Assembly (NCBI GenBank): GCA_040219065.1
Contig: JAVJTD010000477.1
Location: 1,520 to 65,519 of the forward strand
Length of the DNA: 64,000 nt
Source of the DNA: Planctomycetota bacterium
Lineage (GTDB): Bacteria; Planctomycetota; OFTM77
Direction of reading: 5' to 3'
The notes beneath the pieces are model-generated. The model was not told where the DNA came from. It made no database searches and saw only the letters and a list, made by a program, of their open reading frames with translations. Each line of letters starts with the position of its first letter. The first letter of the stretch is position 1. A program made the translations under genes and the position numbers. This document shows positions 8,067 through 16,767 of the stretch, piece after piece.

Positions 8067-9593
8067 CTACTGCACGACCTCGATCTCGACGTTCGAGGTG
8101 ATCATTCCTTCAATCGGGTCCAACGTGATCGCTTGCAGCCACACCGGTACGACGATCGGCACCACGTTGGGGACGGTAAAGGTCCAGGTAGCGACACCCT
8201 GCGCATCCGCGGGCAAGCCGATCACGACCTGGGGGCTCAGGATGTCGAGGCAGCGGCCGCTGACACAAGGGCCTTCGCCTTCACCCGTCAGGCTCAGCAG
8301 CCAGTACACGGTCTGGCCGGGGTTGGCACGTGTGACGGTCGCGGTGCTGCTCTGCCCTTTGAAGAGCGGGGCCTGGTCGTAGCCGAGGGTGTTCTCGTCG
8401 CGCGCCAAACGGACCGACTCGAAAGAGTCGATGCGGCCGTGCCCGAACTCGTCGTCTTCACCGGGCAGGCCCAGATCGACGCAGCCGCGGTTCAGGTACT
8501 GCTCGACCTCGGCCGGCGAGAGCCAGGGAGCGACGGACCACACCAGACCGGCCAGGCCAGCAGCCATCGGCGTGGCAGCACTCGTGCCGCTGCCGATGGC
8601 GATTCCACCCGGCATACCGGTCGAGAGGATCTCGTTGCCCGGCGCGAAGAGGTCGACACCTGTTCCATACGACGACCAGCTCGGGCGAGCATCGTTCTGA
8701 TCGGTCGCACCGACGACGATCACGTCCGGCCAGTCGAAGCCGGCGTGGTTCGTGCCCGAGTTGTCCGCGGCGTAGAAGAAGAGAGCGCCTTGCGCGCGGA
8801 CGAAGGCGCCGGTCGTCTGGACCGTGGGGCTGGTCACGCCGGTCTGGCTGACGCTGACGCAGTCGGCGCCGTTCGTCGCGGCCCAGCGGGCACCGCGCAG
8901 CACGTCCGAGAGCACCCCGCAGCCGCACGGGTCGTTACTGTAGCGAATCGGCATGATGCGGAACCGCCAGCCGACACCGACGACGGCCTTCTGGTTGTTG
9001 CCGATCGCCGCGGCACAGCCGGTCACGAACGTGCCGTGTCCGCCGAGGTCGTCGACGAGCCCGCCGGCCGATTCCGGGAGCTGGTCTTTTGCGTTGTACC
9101 CCGGTACCAAAGAAGCCGCCAAGTCCGGATGCGCCTTCTCGACACCCGAGTCGACGAAGGCGATCGTGACGTCCGAAGATCCCGTCGTGATGTCCCACGC
9201 CAGTGGCGAGCGCATCTTCGGGTGATGCCAGAGCCGCCAGTACTCGGGGTCGTTCGGGACGGTGTCGACCGGAAACACTCGCCAATCCGGCACGACGTAC
9301 TCGTAGTCGCCCGTGGCGAGCAGCTCCGCGGCGAGCGTTGATTCCGACTCACCTGCCGGCACGCGGATCAAGTGCTCATCGGTCTCGGGGAGGTACTCGA
9401 TGAGCAGGTCGTCTAGGCGGTCGGCCGCGGCCTGGTAGCGCTCGGTAGCAGCCAAGTCCGGTTGGCGCCGAACGATCATCTGCCCCGAGAGCTCCTGAAC
9501 GCCCGGGATCTCGGTGAAGAGATCCGGCAACTGAGGCGCGGCGTGGAGCGAGACGTTGAGGAAGAGCACGGCAGTGAGCAAGCGAAGGTGCAT
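8067..9593 (-). CDS. Secreted S8-family serine peptidase (subtilisin-like) with C-terminal beta-rich domain, 508 aa
   Basis: Catalytic triad motifs AFVDSGV (Asp), GHGTFVTGCAA (His), GTSAATPMAAG (Ser). ATG verified at 9591..9593. Signal peptide MHLRLLTAVLFLNVSLHAAPQ. Confidence 0.9.
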   Translation of the reverse strand: MHLRLLTAVLFLNVSLHAAPQLPDLFTEIPGVQELSGQMIVRRQPDLAATERYQAAADRLDDLLIEYLPETDEHLIRVPAGESESTLAAELLATGDYEYVVPDWRVFPVDTVPNDPEYWRLWHHPKMRSPLAWDITTGSSDVTIAFVDSGVEKAHPDLAASLVPGYNAKDQLPESAGGLVDDLGGHGTFVTGCAAAIGNNQKAVVGVGWRFRIMPIRYSNDPCGCGVLSDVLRGARWAATNGADCVSVSQTGVTSPTVQTTGAFVRAQGALFFYAADNSGTNHAGFDWPDVIVVGATDQNDARPSWSSYGTGVDLFAPGNEILSTGMPGGIAIGSGTSAATPMAAGLAGLVWSVAPWLSPAEVEQYLNRGCVDLGLPGEDDEFGHGRIDSFESVRLARDENTLGYDQAPLFKGQSSTATVTRANPGQTVYWLLSLTGEGEGPCVSGRCLDILSPQVVIGLPADAQGVATWTFTVPNVVPIVVPVWLQAITLDPIEGMITSNVEIEVVQ

Positions 9594-9874
9594 CGGCTGG
9601 ATCCCGTGTGCGGTTCGAGTTCGTGTGGGAGGAAAGGTCGATGATACCACTCTGCCCGGAAAATGCCGGGGAACCAACCCGCTTGAACTCCAGCTCAGCA
9701 AGGCCGGAGGCGGAGCGTTTCCTGGTCCAGAACCCTGCGAGAGAGTGCTCACCCACGACTCTTCAGGGCTGAGTGTCGCTGGATGGCCTCGGTATGTTGG
9801 CAGGGATGCGGTGAAGTTGCGGGCGCTGACCCAGGCGGCACGAGGGTCGTCAAGACCTCGACTCCTCGGAGTCC

Positions 9875-10108
9875 CTACGCCGACTGGTCAAGACGCCGCA
9901 CCGCGAGGATGTCCCCTTCGGCGACTGGGCGGACATCCGACTCCTTCAGCGTCACGAGCGCTTCGGTCCTCCCGGACGCACTGACGAACTCGACTTCGAG
10001 ACCGTCAGGCTCGTAGACCTGCACGACTGCTCCGAGATCGCCGATCCGCAGGCCCCGATCCGGAAGATCCCGGTTCAGAACAACGGTATCGAGCTCCTTG
10101 AATCTCAA
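9875..10108 (-). CDS. DUF4926-like small protein, about 78 aa
   Basis: Motif LDTVVLNRDLPDRGLRIGDLGAVV. Probable TTG start at 10106..10108 with perfect AGGAGG 6 nt upstream. The ORF-track start at 10171 would add 21 residues. Confidence 0.5.
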   Translation of the reverse strand: MRFKELDTVVLNRDLPDRGLRIGDLGAVVQVYEPDGLEVEFVSASGRTEALVTLKESDVRPVAEGDILAVRRLDQSA

Positions 10109-10400
10109 GGCCTTCCTCCTGGAAACGAAGTGACCAGTCTTGGAAAGTCCTCGTCCCGCAGGACGATCCACACCGTCACGACCGTCGCCGACCTACCGGA
10201 CGGTCCTGCGAGCGTACCAACAACGAGGTACTTCCGCCCGAACTCGTTCGCCTCGTTCGTTTCCACCGCATTGTCAACCGCGTGTCGACGAAGGTCTTCA
10301 GCCAGCACCTCCCAATTGGCCAGGGAGTATCCCAGCAACGCGAAGAATCGATCCCTGAGGAGCTGGGATCTTTTCGAGGACTGCCCTCGCACGCACCGTC

Positions 10401-12149
10401 TCATTCCGCAAACTCCAGCAAACCGAATCGGTCTGGTGCGTGGAAGCTGCCTCGCAGGACCGGGCGCCAGGCGAGGGAGGCTTCGCCGGCACGGTCGCAG
10501 CGATAGAGGTTCATCTTCCAACGGTCTCCGGCATTCGGCTGCTTGCCGAAAGCGGTCCAGGGGATCCTCACCACCGCCCACCAGACCTTGGCCTCTTCGT
10601 CGATGAGGACCTTCGTCTCGGCGCCGCTGCTCCAGTCGAAGTCCTTCTCGGGCAAGTCGACCAGTACGTCGAGCCGCTCGTTCGTCGGCGCGACCTCGAC
10701 CTCGACGTAGCGCTTCGCGTTCCCGGCATCCGGGGCGATGAAGGCCTCGATCACGTCCTTGTCCCACAGCCCCATTCGCTCGCCGTCCTTCATGGGCGGC
10801 TCGAAGACAGTCAGCTCGGTGTAGGGGCAGTGGTATCTCAACGTCAAATGAGTATCGCTCCACGCCAGACGCACCTCGGTCTCCAGCGCGGGCTTCGCCT
10901 CGGTCGTGAGCGACTGCTGATCGATGTAGACCGGCTCGCAGACGTTCCACGCCTCGGCCCTCGGATCGAGACCGACCTCTTCATCCACCCTTTGTGCCGT
11001 CGCAACGGGCGCGGGCAAGGACTTCGCCAGGAGCTTCCGCGCGTTGTCGAAGTAGATCTTCCGCAGGACGCCTTCGGGCAAGCCGATCGCATCGATCGTC
11101 CAGTCGCCCTGGATCGGCGTCATGTGCGCGAAGCTGCGGTCGTTCGTCTCGAGGAACCGCCAGTGCTTCTCATAGAAGTCGATCGCGTCGGCATCCGTGG
11201 GCGCCGGCCCGTCGCCACCCGAGCCCAGGATGAGGCGGCCATAGACCATGAAATCGGTCGCGAACAGAATGCGGTCCTGATGCTTCACGAAGATATCCCG
11301 CACGACTTTCGGATCGTGCCGTCCGATCTCCGGGACGCGCGCGGCGAGGTCGACCATCATGTTGGGGTACTTTTCGAGCCACTTGCCGACCTGGACGACG
11401 TCCTCGGGATTGTTCGCGAAGTGCAGGCAGACGAAAGTGGTCTTCGGGTGCTTCTGGATGACGCGGTTGCGCGCGGCGAGGAGCTCTTCGCGAGGCGGGT
11501 ACTTGTCCGGATCGCCGAACCACCAGTCCTTGTGGTCCTTCAGCTCGATCCAGCGCTCATTGCTCTCGTCGAAGGGCGCCCAGAACGCCTTGGGATCGGC
11601 GACATGGATCGACACCGGTAGCCCGAGCTCGCCGCACTTGGCCCACACCGGATCGAGCTTCGGATCGTCGATGGCGATCAACGTGCCGTCTGCATGGCGC
11701 AGATACAGCCCGAGCCGCTTGTACTCCTTCAGTCCCGCCGCGCCTTGGCGGAAGCCGGCCTCGACCTGGGCCGCCGCCCGCTCGCCCCAGCCCTCCTCGT
11801 CGAAGCCGCTGTAGTCGAGGTTCATGTACTGGACGAAGCGCCCGGGTGCGACCTCCTCGAAGAGCGCGATGTTGCGCTCGAGCGCCGATGGCTTCTCACC
11901 CTCCTTCAGCGTCGTGCCGCCGCTCAGGTTGACGCCGATTCCGATGCCGACCGCGTCCATGATCTTCACGGCTCGCTCGATCCGCTCGGGGCGTCCCTCG
12001 ATGTGCTGATGGAGGTCGATGAGCCGGTGATCCCTCCTCCAGGATTCCAGGCGCTCGTTCCGCGCCGCCTCGAGGAGCGCGCTTGGCTCTTGGGCATGGG
12101 CCGGCAGGAGAAGCCACCCCATCACGAGCAGGACACTCAGAAACCTCAT
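10401..12149 (-). CDS. Secreted metal-dependent amidohydrolase (TIM-barrel) with C-terminal CBM9/DOMON-like beta-sandwich, 582 aa
   Basis: Signal peptide MRFLSVLLVMGWLLLPAHA. HxH metal motif IDLHQHIEG. C-terminal region (...WSSGAETKVLIDEEAKVWWAVVRIPWTAFG...) resembles family-9 carbohydrate-binding modules. ATG verified. Confidence 0.75.
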   Translation of the reverse strand: MRFLSVLLVMGWLLLPAHAQEPSALLEAARNERLESWRRDHRLIDLHQHIEGRPERIERAVKIMDAVGIGIGVNLSGGTTLKEGEKPSALERNIALFEEVAPGRFVQYMNLDYSGFDEEGWGERAAAQVEAGFRQGAAGLKEYKRLGLYLRHADGTLIAIDDPKLDPVWAKCGELGLPVSIHVADPKAFWAPFDESNERWIELKDHKDWWFGDPDKYPPREELLAARNRVIQKHPKTTFVCLHFANNPEDVVQVGKWLEKYPNMMVDLAARVPEIGRHDPKVVRDIFVKHQDRILFATDFMVYGRLILGSGGDGPAPTDADAIDFYEKHWRFLETNDRSFAHMTPIQGDWTIDAIGLPEGVLRKIYFDNARKLLAKSLPAPVATAQRVDEEVGLDPRAEAWNVCEPVYIDQQSLTTEAKPALETEVRLAWSDTHLTLRYHCPYTELTVFEPPMKDGERMGLWDKDVIEAFIAPDAGNAKRYVEVEVAPTNERLDVLVDLPEKDFDWSSGAETKVLIDEEAKVWWAVVRIPWTAFGKQPNAGDRWKMNLYRCDRAGEASLAWRPVLRGSFHAPDRFGLLEFAE

Positions 12150-12173
12150 ACCATCACTCCATCAAACCCTTGA

Positions 12174-12380
12174 TCACAAGACGAGGTAGAGCGTCACTTG
12201 GATGATCGCCAAGGGGATCACCCACAGGCGCAGGTCGCGCCAGGCCTTTCGGTCCGCGGCTCCCGACAGGATGGACTCCTTCGGACGCGTCCAAACCCAG
12301 ACCGCGAGCAGCACCCAGCCGAAGGCGTGTAGCAGCCCGGGAACGACCGTCGGCAGGCCATCCAGCCACTCGAAGTTCAT
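12174..12380 (-). CDS. Small 2-TM membrane protein (68 aa) translationally coupled to the SSF transporter; putative transporter accessory subunit
   Basis: ATG at 12378..12380 overlaps the TGA stop of the SSF gene (ATGA). MNFEWLDGLPTVVPGLLHAFGWVLLAVWVW... hydrophobic. Confidence 0.5.
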   Translation of the reverse strand: MNFEWLDGLPTVVPGLLHAFGWVLLAVWVWTRPKESILSGAADRKAWRDLRLWVIPLAIIQVTLYLVL

Positions 12381-13843
12381 CGCTCCGCTCCCTCGGGCAC
12401 CGGCTTCTCGATGAGCTGCAACATCAGAACGAGGACCACGGCCGACACGACGAATGACCACCAGGCGATGTTCAGGAAGTGGATCGCGGGCTCTCTTGGG
12501 ACGTGCAGGATCGCCGAAGTCGTGAGCCCGGCCAATAGGCAAGCCAACCCGGCGAATCGCGTGCGTCCTCGCCAGATCACTCCGCCCAGGATCAAGGCGA
12601 GGACCGGGCCCTGGAAGAAGCTGAGGTAGGTCTGGAACGCTTCGTAGATGGTCTTGAACTCCGCGACGATCGGCACCATGGCCACGCCGAGCCCGATCAG
12701 GACCAACGACGTCAGCCGCCCGACGAGGAGGTCCTCCCGGTCCGACATGCTGCGCCCGATCAGCGGCCGGTAGAGGTCCTTGGTGAAGATCGTCGCCGCT
12801 GAGTTCGTGTATGAATCGACGCTCGACATGAGCGCGGCGAGAAACGCGGCATAGAGGACACCGCGCGCGCCGACCGGCAGGTAGCTGCGGATCAGCTCGG
12901 CGTAGACCGAGTTGGCGTCCCGCTCGGTCGCCGGTAGGAGCACCACCGCGAAGATCCCCGGCAGGACGAACGCGAGCGGGACGATCGTCTTGAGTGCGGC
13001 CCCGAAGATCATCGACGCGCGAGCGTGCCACTCGTCGCGCGCACCGAGCGTCCTCTGCACGATCGCTTGATTGCCCAGCCAGTAGGCCGGCGAGAGCACC
13101 AGCCCCAGGCCGAGCAGGATACCGGGCCAGGGGTAGCCGCTCGGCTCGCCATCGGAGCCCACGCGGCCGGGCAGCAGCTCGAGATGCTCGCGCGTCGCGT
13201 CCCCCGCGCGGCTCAAGCTCTCGGTGATGCCGCTCCAGCCACCGGCCTCGTGGTAGCCGACACCGGCCAGGATCAGGCCGCCGATGAACAGGATGATGCA
13301 TTGGATGACATCGGTCACGACGACCGCACCCAAGCCGCCGCCGACCGTGTAGATCGCGACCAAGATCGCGATGATCGGGATGCTGAGCGCCGGCTGGAGC
13401 CCGACGACCGACTGCATCATCGCGGCCGAGGCCTGGAAGAAGACCCCGAGCGCCGCTGCCATGAACGCGACCGAGACGACGGCGAGCACCGCCCGGACGC
13501 CGCCGCCGTAACGCTGCCCGAGGAACTCGGGGATCGAGTACACGCCCGTCCGCCAGTAGAGCGGAATGAACAGCAGTCCGCCGACGATCATCGCCGGCAC
13601 GCAGCCGATCCACTCGAAGTTCGCCTGCGAGATGCCGTGCTCGTAGGCACCCGCCGTTCCGCCGACCATCTCGAGCGCTCCGATATCGGACACCACGAGC
13701 GACATCCCGATCGCCCAGAAGGGCAACTTCCTTCCGGCGAGGAAGAAGTCGTCGGACCCACGAACGCGTCGAGTGAGCCAGAGGCCCAATGCCAGCGTGC
13801 CGGCGAGGTAGAGCGCGACGACCAGGGTGTCGATCGGATGCAA
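12377..13843 (-). CDS. Sodium:solute symporter (SSF) family transporter, 488 aa
   Basis: N-terminus ...LVVALYLAGTLALGLWLTRRVRGSDDFFLAGRKLP and multiple TM segments typical of SSF. Start is TTG at 13841..13843 with GAGGA 7 nt upstream (the ORF track translates it as M). Confidence 0.85.
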   Translation of the reverse strand: MHPIDTLVVALYLAGTLALGLWLTRRVRGSDDFFLAGRKLPFWAIGMSLVVSDIGALEMVGGTAGAYEHGISQANFEWIGCVPAMIVGGLLFIPLYWRTGVYSIPEFLGQRYGGGVRAVLAVVSVAFMAAALGVFFQASAAMMQSVVGLQPALSIPIIAILVAIYTVGGGLGAVVVTDVIQCIILFIGGLILAGVGYHEAGGWSGITESLSRAGDATREHLELLPGRVGSDGEPSGYPWPGILLGLGLVLSPAYWLGNQAIVQRTLGARDEWHARASMIFGAALKTIVPLAFVLPGIFAVVLLPATERDANSVYAELIRSYLPVGARGVLYAAFLAALMSSVDSYTNSAATIFTKDLYRPLIGRSMSDREDLLVGRLTSLVLIGLGVAMVPIVAEFKTIYEAFQTYLSFFQGPVLALILGGVIWRGRTRFAGLACLLAGLTTSAILHVPREPAIHFLNIAWWSFVVSAVVLVLMLQLIEKPVPEGAER

Positions 13844-13907
13844 CGGCAGATCCTCGAGGTTGCGGCAGCAGTGCTTCGAAGGAGCCCATCATGCCAATCG
13901 AGCCGTG

Positions 13908-13989
13908 GAACGCCAGAACGGCGAGACCGAACGGGAAGCCGCCATCTCGTCGAGACGGCCAGTCGAGCCGAAACGCGCCGAGCAAGGGG
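13908..13989 (+). repeat. Copy C (short form, 82 nt) of a dispersed 99-nt intergenic element also found at 22991..23089 and 40451..40549
   Basis: Shares a 5-prime block (gaccgaacgggaag...gccatc) and a 3-prime block (tcgagc...gcgccgagcaagggg) with the other two copies. The middle is 17 nt shorter. Confidence 0.6.
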
Positions 13990-14314
13990 GGCAGAACCAG
14001 GAGGGCCCTCGAGAATCAGTGGGGTGAGAGCCGTGAGCGCAGCGATCGGTCCTCGCCGGGTCCGGGGAGGGTCCTTTCCCGCCGAATCGCCGGGGAGGGC
14101 CGTTTCGCTCATCTCTCGCCCAAAGAACTGCGAAGCGAAGCGAGCCTTTCGGCGAGCGCCCGAGTGTTCGTGTGATCACATGTGAGCCCGTGCCCACCAT
14201 TTTCCCTTCTTTCACTTCTCCGGGGCGTACTTAGAATCATGAAACGGCGAGACCGGCGCTTCTGCACATCGGTCTCGGTCGCCTTCGATCCGTTCCTCCC
14301 TGGGGAGACCCGCC

Positions 14315-15358
14315 ATGAGGCGTCCGCTCCGCATCCGTCCCGAGTGGCTCGCGACCGGCTTGGGTGTCGCGTTCATCATCGGCTGGGCCGTGCCCCGGCA
14401 GTTCGAGACCCTCCCAGCTGTTCACGCCGGCGGGGCTACTCCTGACCCCTTGGCGGCAGCGGCTTTCAACGTCTCGCAGGCGTTCACGGCGGCCAGCAAG
14501 CGGATCGCACCCTCGGTGGTGAACATCAACGCGGCCTGGAACGGCGGCGGAACGGGCGTCGTGGTCGGCGACGACGGCACGATCGTCACCAACTTTCATG
14601 TCATCGGCGACAGCCCGAGAATCCGAGTCGAGCTCTTCGACGGGCGCCGCTTTCGGGCCGAGGTGCTCGGGCGAGATCCCGAGACCGACATCGCCGTCTT
14701 GAAGATCGATGCCGAGAACCTCGAGCCGGCCGCCTTGGGCCAGTCCGCGAAGCTCGAGGTCGGCGAGTGGGTCTTGGCCGTGGGCAATCCATTCGGCAGC
14801 TTCGGGCACACCGTCACGAGCGGGATCGTCAGTGCGACCGGGCGAGTGGATTTGCAGGTCGGCGAGATCTTTTATCAGAACTTCATCCAGACCGACGCCG
14901 AGATCCATCCGGGGAACAGCGGTGGCCCGCTGGTGAACTTGATGGGCGAGGTGGTCGGGCTGAACACGGCAATCGACGGTCGCTACGAGGGGATCGGGCT
15001 CGCGATTCCCAGCGACATGGTTCGCTCGGTCGTTCGTCAGATCAAAGAGCACGGCCGCGTGCGAAGAGGATTCCTCGGCGTCGAGATGCGAACGTTCAGG
15101 CGGATCGAGAGCTACACGGGTCCCAGCCGCGTTCGCATCAGCAGCGTCAGCGAAGAAGGCCCGGCGGATCGTGCCGGTTTGGAAACGGGCGACATCGTCG
15201 AGTCGTTCAACGGCAAGAGCGTTCGCGATGACGTCGAGCTGAAGTATGCAATCGCCGAGGTCTTGCCCGGCGAAGCCATCGAAATGATCGTCTGGCGCGA
15301 CGGTCGAACCCGGTCGGTCACGGTCACGCTCGACGAAAGGCCCGTTCGCGGGCAGTAA
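14315..15358 (+). CDS. HtrA/DegP-like trypsin-family serine protease with C-terminal PDZ domain, 347 aa
   Basis: TNFHVIGDS (His), DIAVLKI (Asp), GNSGGPLVN (Ser); PDZ-like C-terminus. ATG with GGGGAGA upstream. Confidence 0.85.
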   Translation: MRRPLRIRPEWLATGLGVAFIIGWAVPRQFETLPAVHAGGATPDPLAAAAFNVSQAFTAASKRIAPSVVNINAAWNGGGTGVVVGDDGTIVTNFHVIGDSPRIRVELFDGRRFRAEVLGRDPETDIAVLKIDAENLEPAALGQSAKLEVGEWVLAVGNPFGSFGHTVTSGIVSATGRVDLQVGEIFYQNFIQTDAEIHPGNSGGPLVNLMGEVVGLNTAIDGRYEGIGLAIPSDMVRSVVRQIKEHGRVRRGFLGVEMRTFRRIESYTGPSRVRISSVSEEGPADRAGLETGDIVESFNGKSVRDDVELKYAIAEVLPGEAIEMIVWRDGRTRSVTVTLDERPVRGQ

Positions 15359-15597
15359 TCGAGCGCGCACGGCGCGGCCGTGTTGGGTCGCGCGATCTCC
15401 CGGTCTTCCATGCCTCGGCGGAGGCATGGACCGCCCGTGGTGCATTGGCCTCGCACAGAGCCGGGCTGGCGGCTCGCGACACTCCGAGCAGGCTCGTCAG
15501 CGCGTCCTGTTCGCGTGAATGGCGTGTGCGGCTTTGGTACAAGTGGGCCTCGCGATCTGGCGCATACTCACGTCCAACCTTCTCGGGATGATGCTGA

Positions 15598-16767
15598 ATG
15601 AGGACTCTCGTGATCGCTTGGTGGCTGCTGGCCACGACGACCGCCGTCGGCTCCGGCTGGGCTCTCCAAGATCCCCCCGCCGAGCAAGAGGAAGACGAAG
15701 ACGATGACATCTTCCCTCCCGACTTCGAGGAGAGCCTCGACGGGGAAGGCCTCTACCTGCGGCACTGCGCGACGTGTCACGGGGTGAAGGGCGACGGCCA
15801 GGGCACGCTCGAGCTCGAGTCGCCGGCCCGCGACTTCGCCGAAGGCGGGTTCTCCTTCGGCAACAGCCGAGAGGCACTCTTCAAGACGATCACCGCCGGC
15901 TTGCCCGGTCGCTCCAAGATGCCCGGCTTCCAAGCCTACCTGACCGAGGAGCAGCGCTGGATGGTCGTCGATCATCTGCAGACGATCCTCCCCGAAGAAA
16001 AGACGGTCTCGGCCACCGAGACCGAGCTCCGCGTCCTCGACAGGCCCGTCGTGGCGCGCGGTTACCTCCCCCGGATCGCCGACGATCTCCCTGACTGGCC
16101 GCGCGGGCTCCTCATCGGCTCGCCCGACGGGCGGAGCTTTCAGTACAGCACCGACGGCGTCCGCTTGATCGCGGTGCGTATGGGGCGCTTCGCCAATCGG
16201 CGTGACTGGCAAGGCCGCGGAGGGGATCCTCTGGTGCCGCTCGGCGAGCGGATCCTGACGTTCGGTGGAGGGGACCCGGGGCCGGGCTTCGCTCTTTCGA
16301 CGGGAGAGGGCTCGCCCGTTCTGCTGTCCGCGCAGTTCAAGGGCACGTGGATTCGCGACCGGCGCGTCGGCTTGCGTTACGAGATCCATGAGCCGGAGAG
16401 ACCCATCGCCAGCGTGCAGGAAGAGGTGCGAGTCGTGGCCGTCAAGGCCGGTACGGGCTTCAGCCGTATCCTCACCTGGAAGGGAGAGCCCGACCTGTTG
16501 GTCGGCGTGACTGGCGGTGGCGCCACCGAGGAAGGCTGGGTCGGTCGCATCGAGCCCGGGTTGGGGCTGTTCCTCCTGAAGGACGGCGGCGAGTCGGGCT
16601 CGGTCGTCTGCTTCGTCCATCAGCCCGGCGGCGGCAACTCGGTCAAGGTCGCCGATGAGCTCTGGGTGAAGAGCGCGACGCCCGGCGAGCTGACGCTGAC
16701 CTACCTGCTCGTGAACGATACCGGCCTCGACAACCTGCAGACCGCCTTCGAGGAGATCACGCAATGA
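15598..16767 (+). CDS. Secreted c-type cytochrome domain protein (CxxCH) with C-terminal domain of unknown function, 389 aa
   Basis: Signal peptide MRTLVIAWWLLATTTAVGSG, acidic linker, RHCATCHGVKGDGQG haem-binding motif. Stop overlaps the next start (ATGA). Confidence 0.75.
   Translation: MRTLVIAWWLLATTTAVGSGWALQDPPAEQEEDEDDDIFPPDFEESLDGEGLYLRHCATCHGVKGDGQGTLELESPARDFAEGGFSFGNSREALFKTITAGLPGRSKMPGFQAYLTEEQRWMVVDHLQTILPEEKTVSATETELRVLDRPVVARGYLPRIADDLPDWPRGLLIGSPDGRSFQYSTDGVRLIAVRMGRFANRRDWQGRGGDPLVPLGERILTFGGGDPGPGFALSTGEGSPVLLSAQFKGTWIRDRRVGLRYEIHEPERPIASVQEEVRVVAVKAGTGFSRILTWKGEPDLLVGVTGGGATEEGWVGRIEPGLGLFLLKDGGESGSVVCFVHQPGGGNSVKVADELWVKSATPGELTLTYLLVNDTGLDNLQTAFEEITQ

Noticed and set aside
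12174-13985. 603-aa ORF overlapping the SSF transporter
   Set aside because: It is out of frame with the transporter and Arg/Gly-rich. Only its last 68 codons (12174..12380) form a plausible gene.
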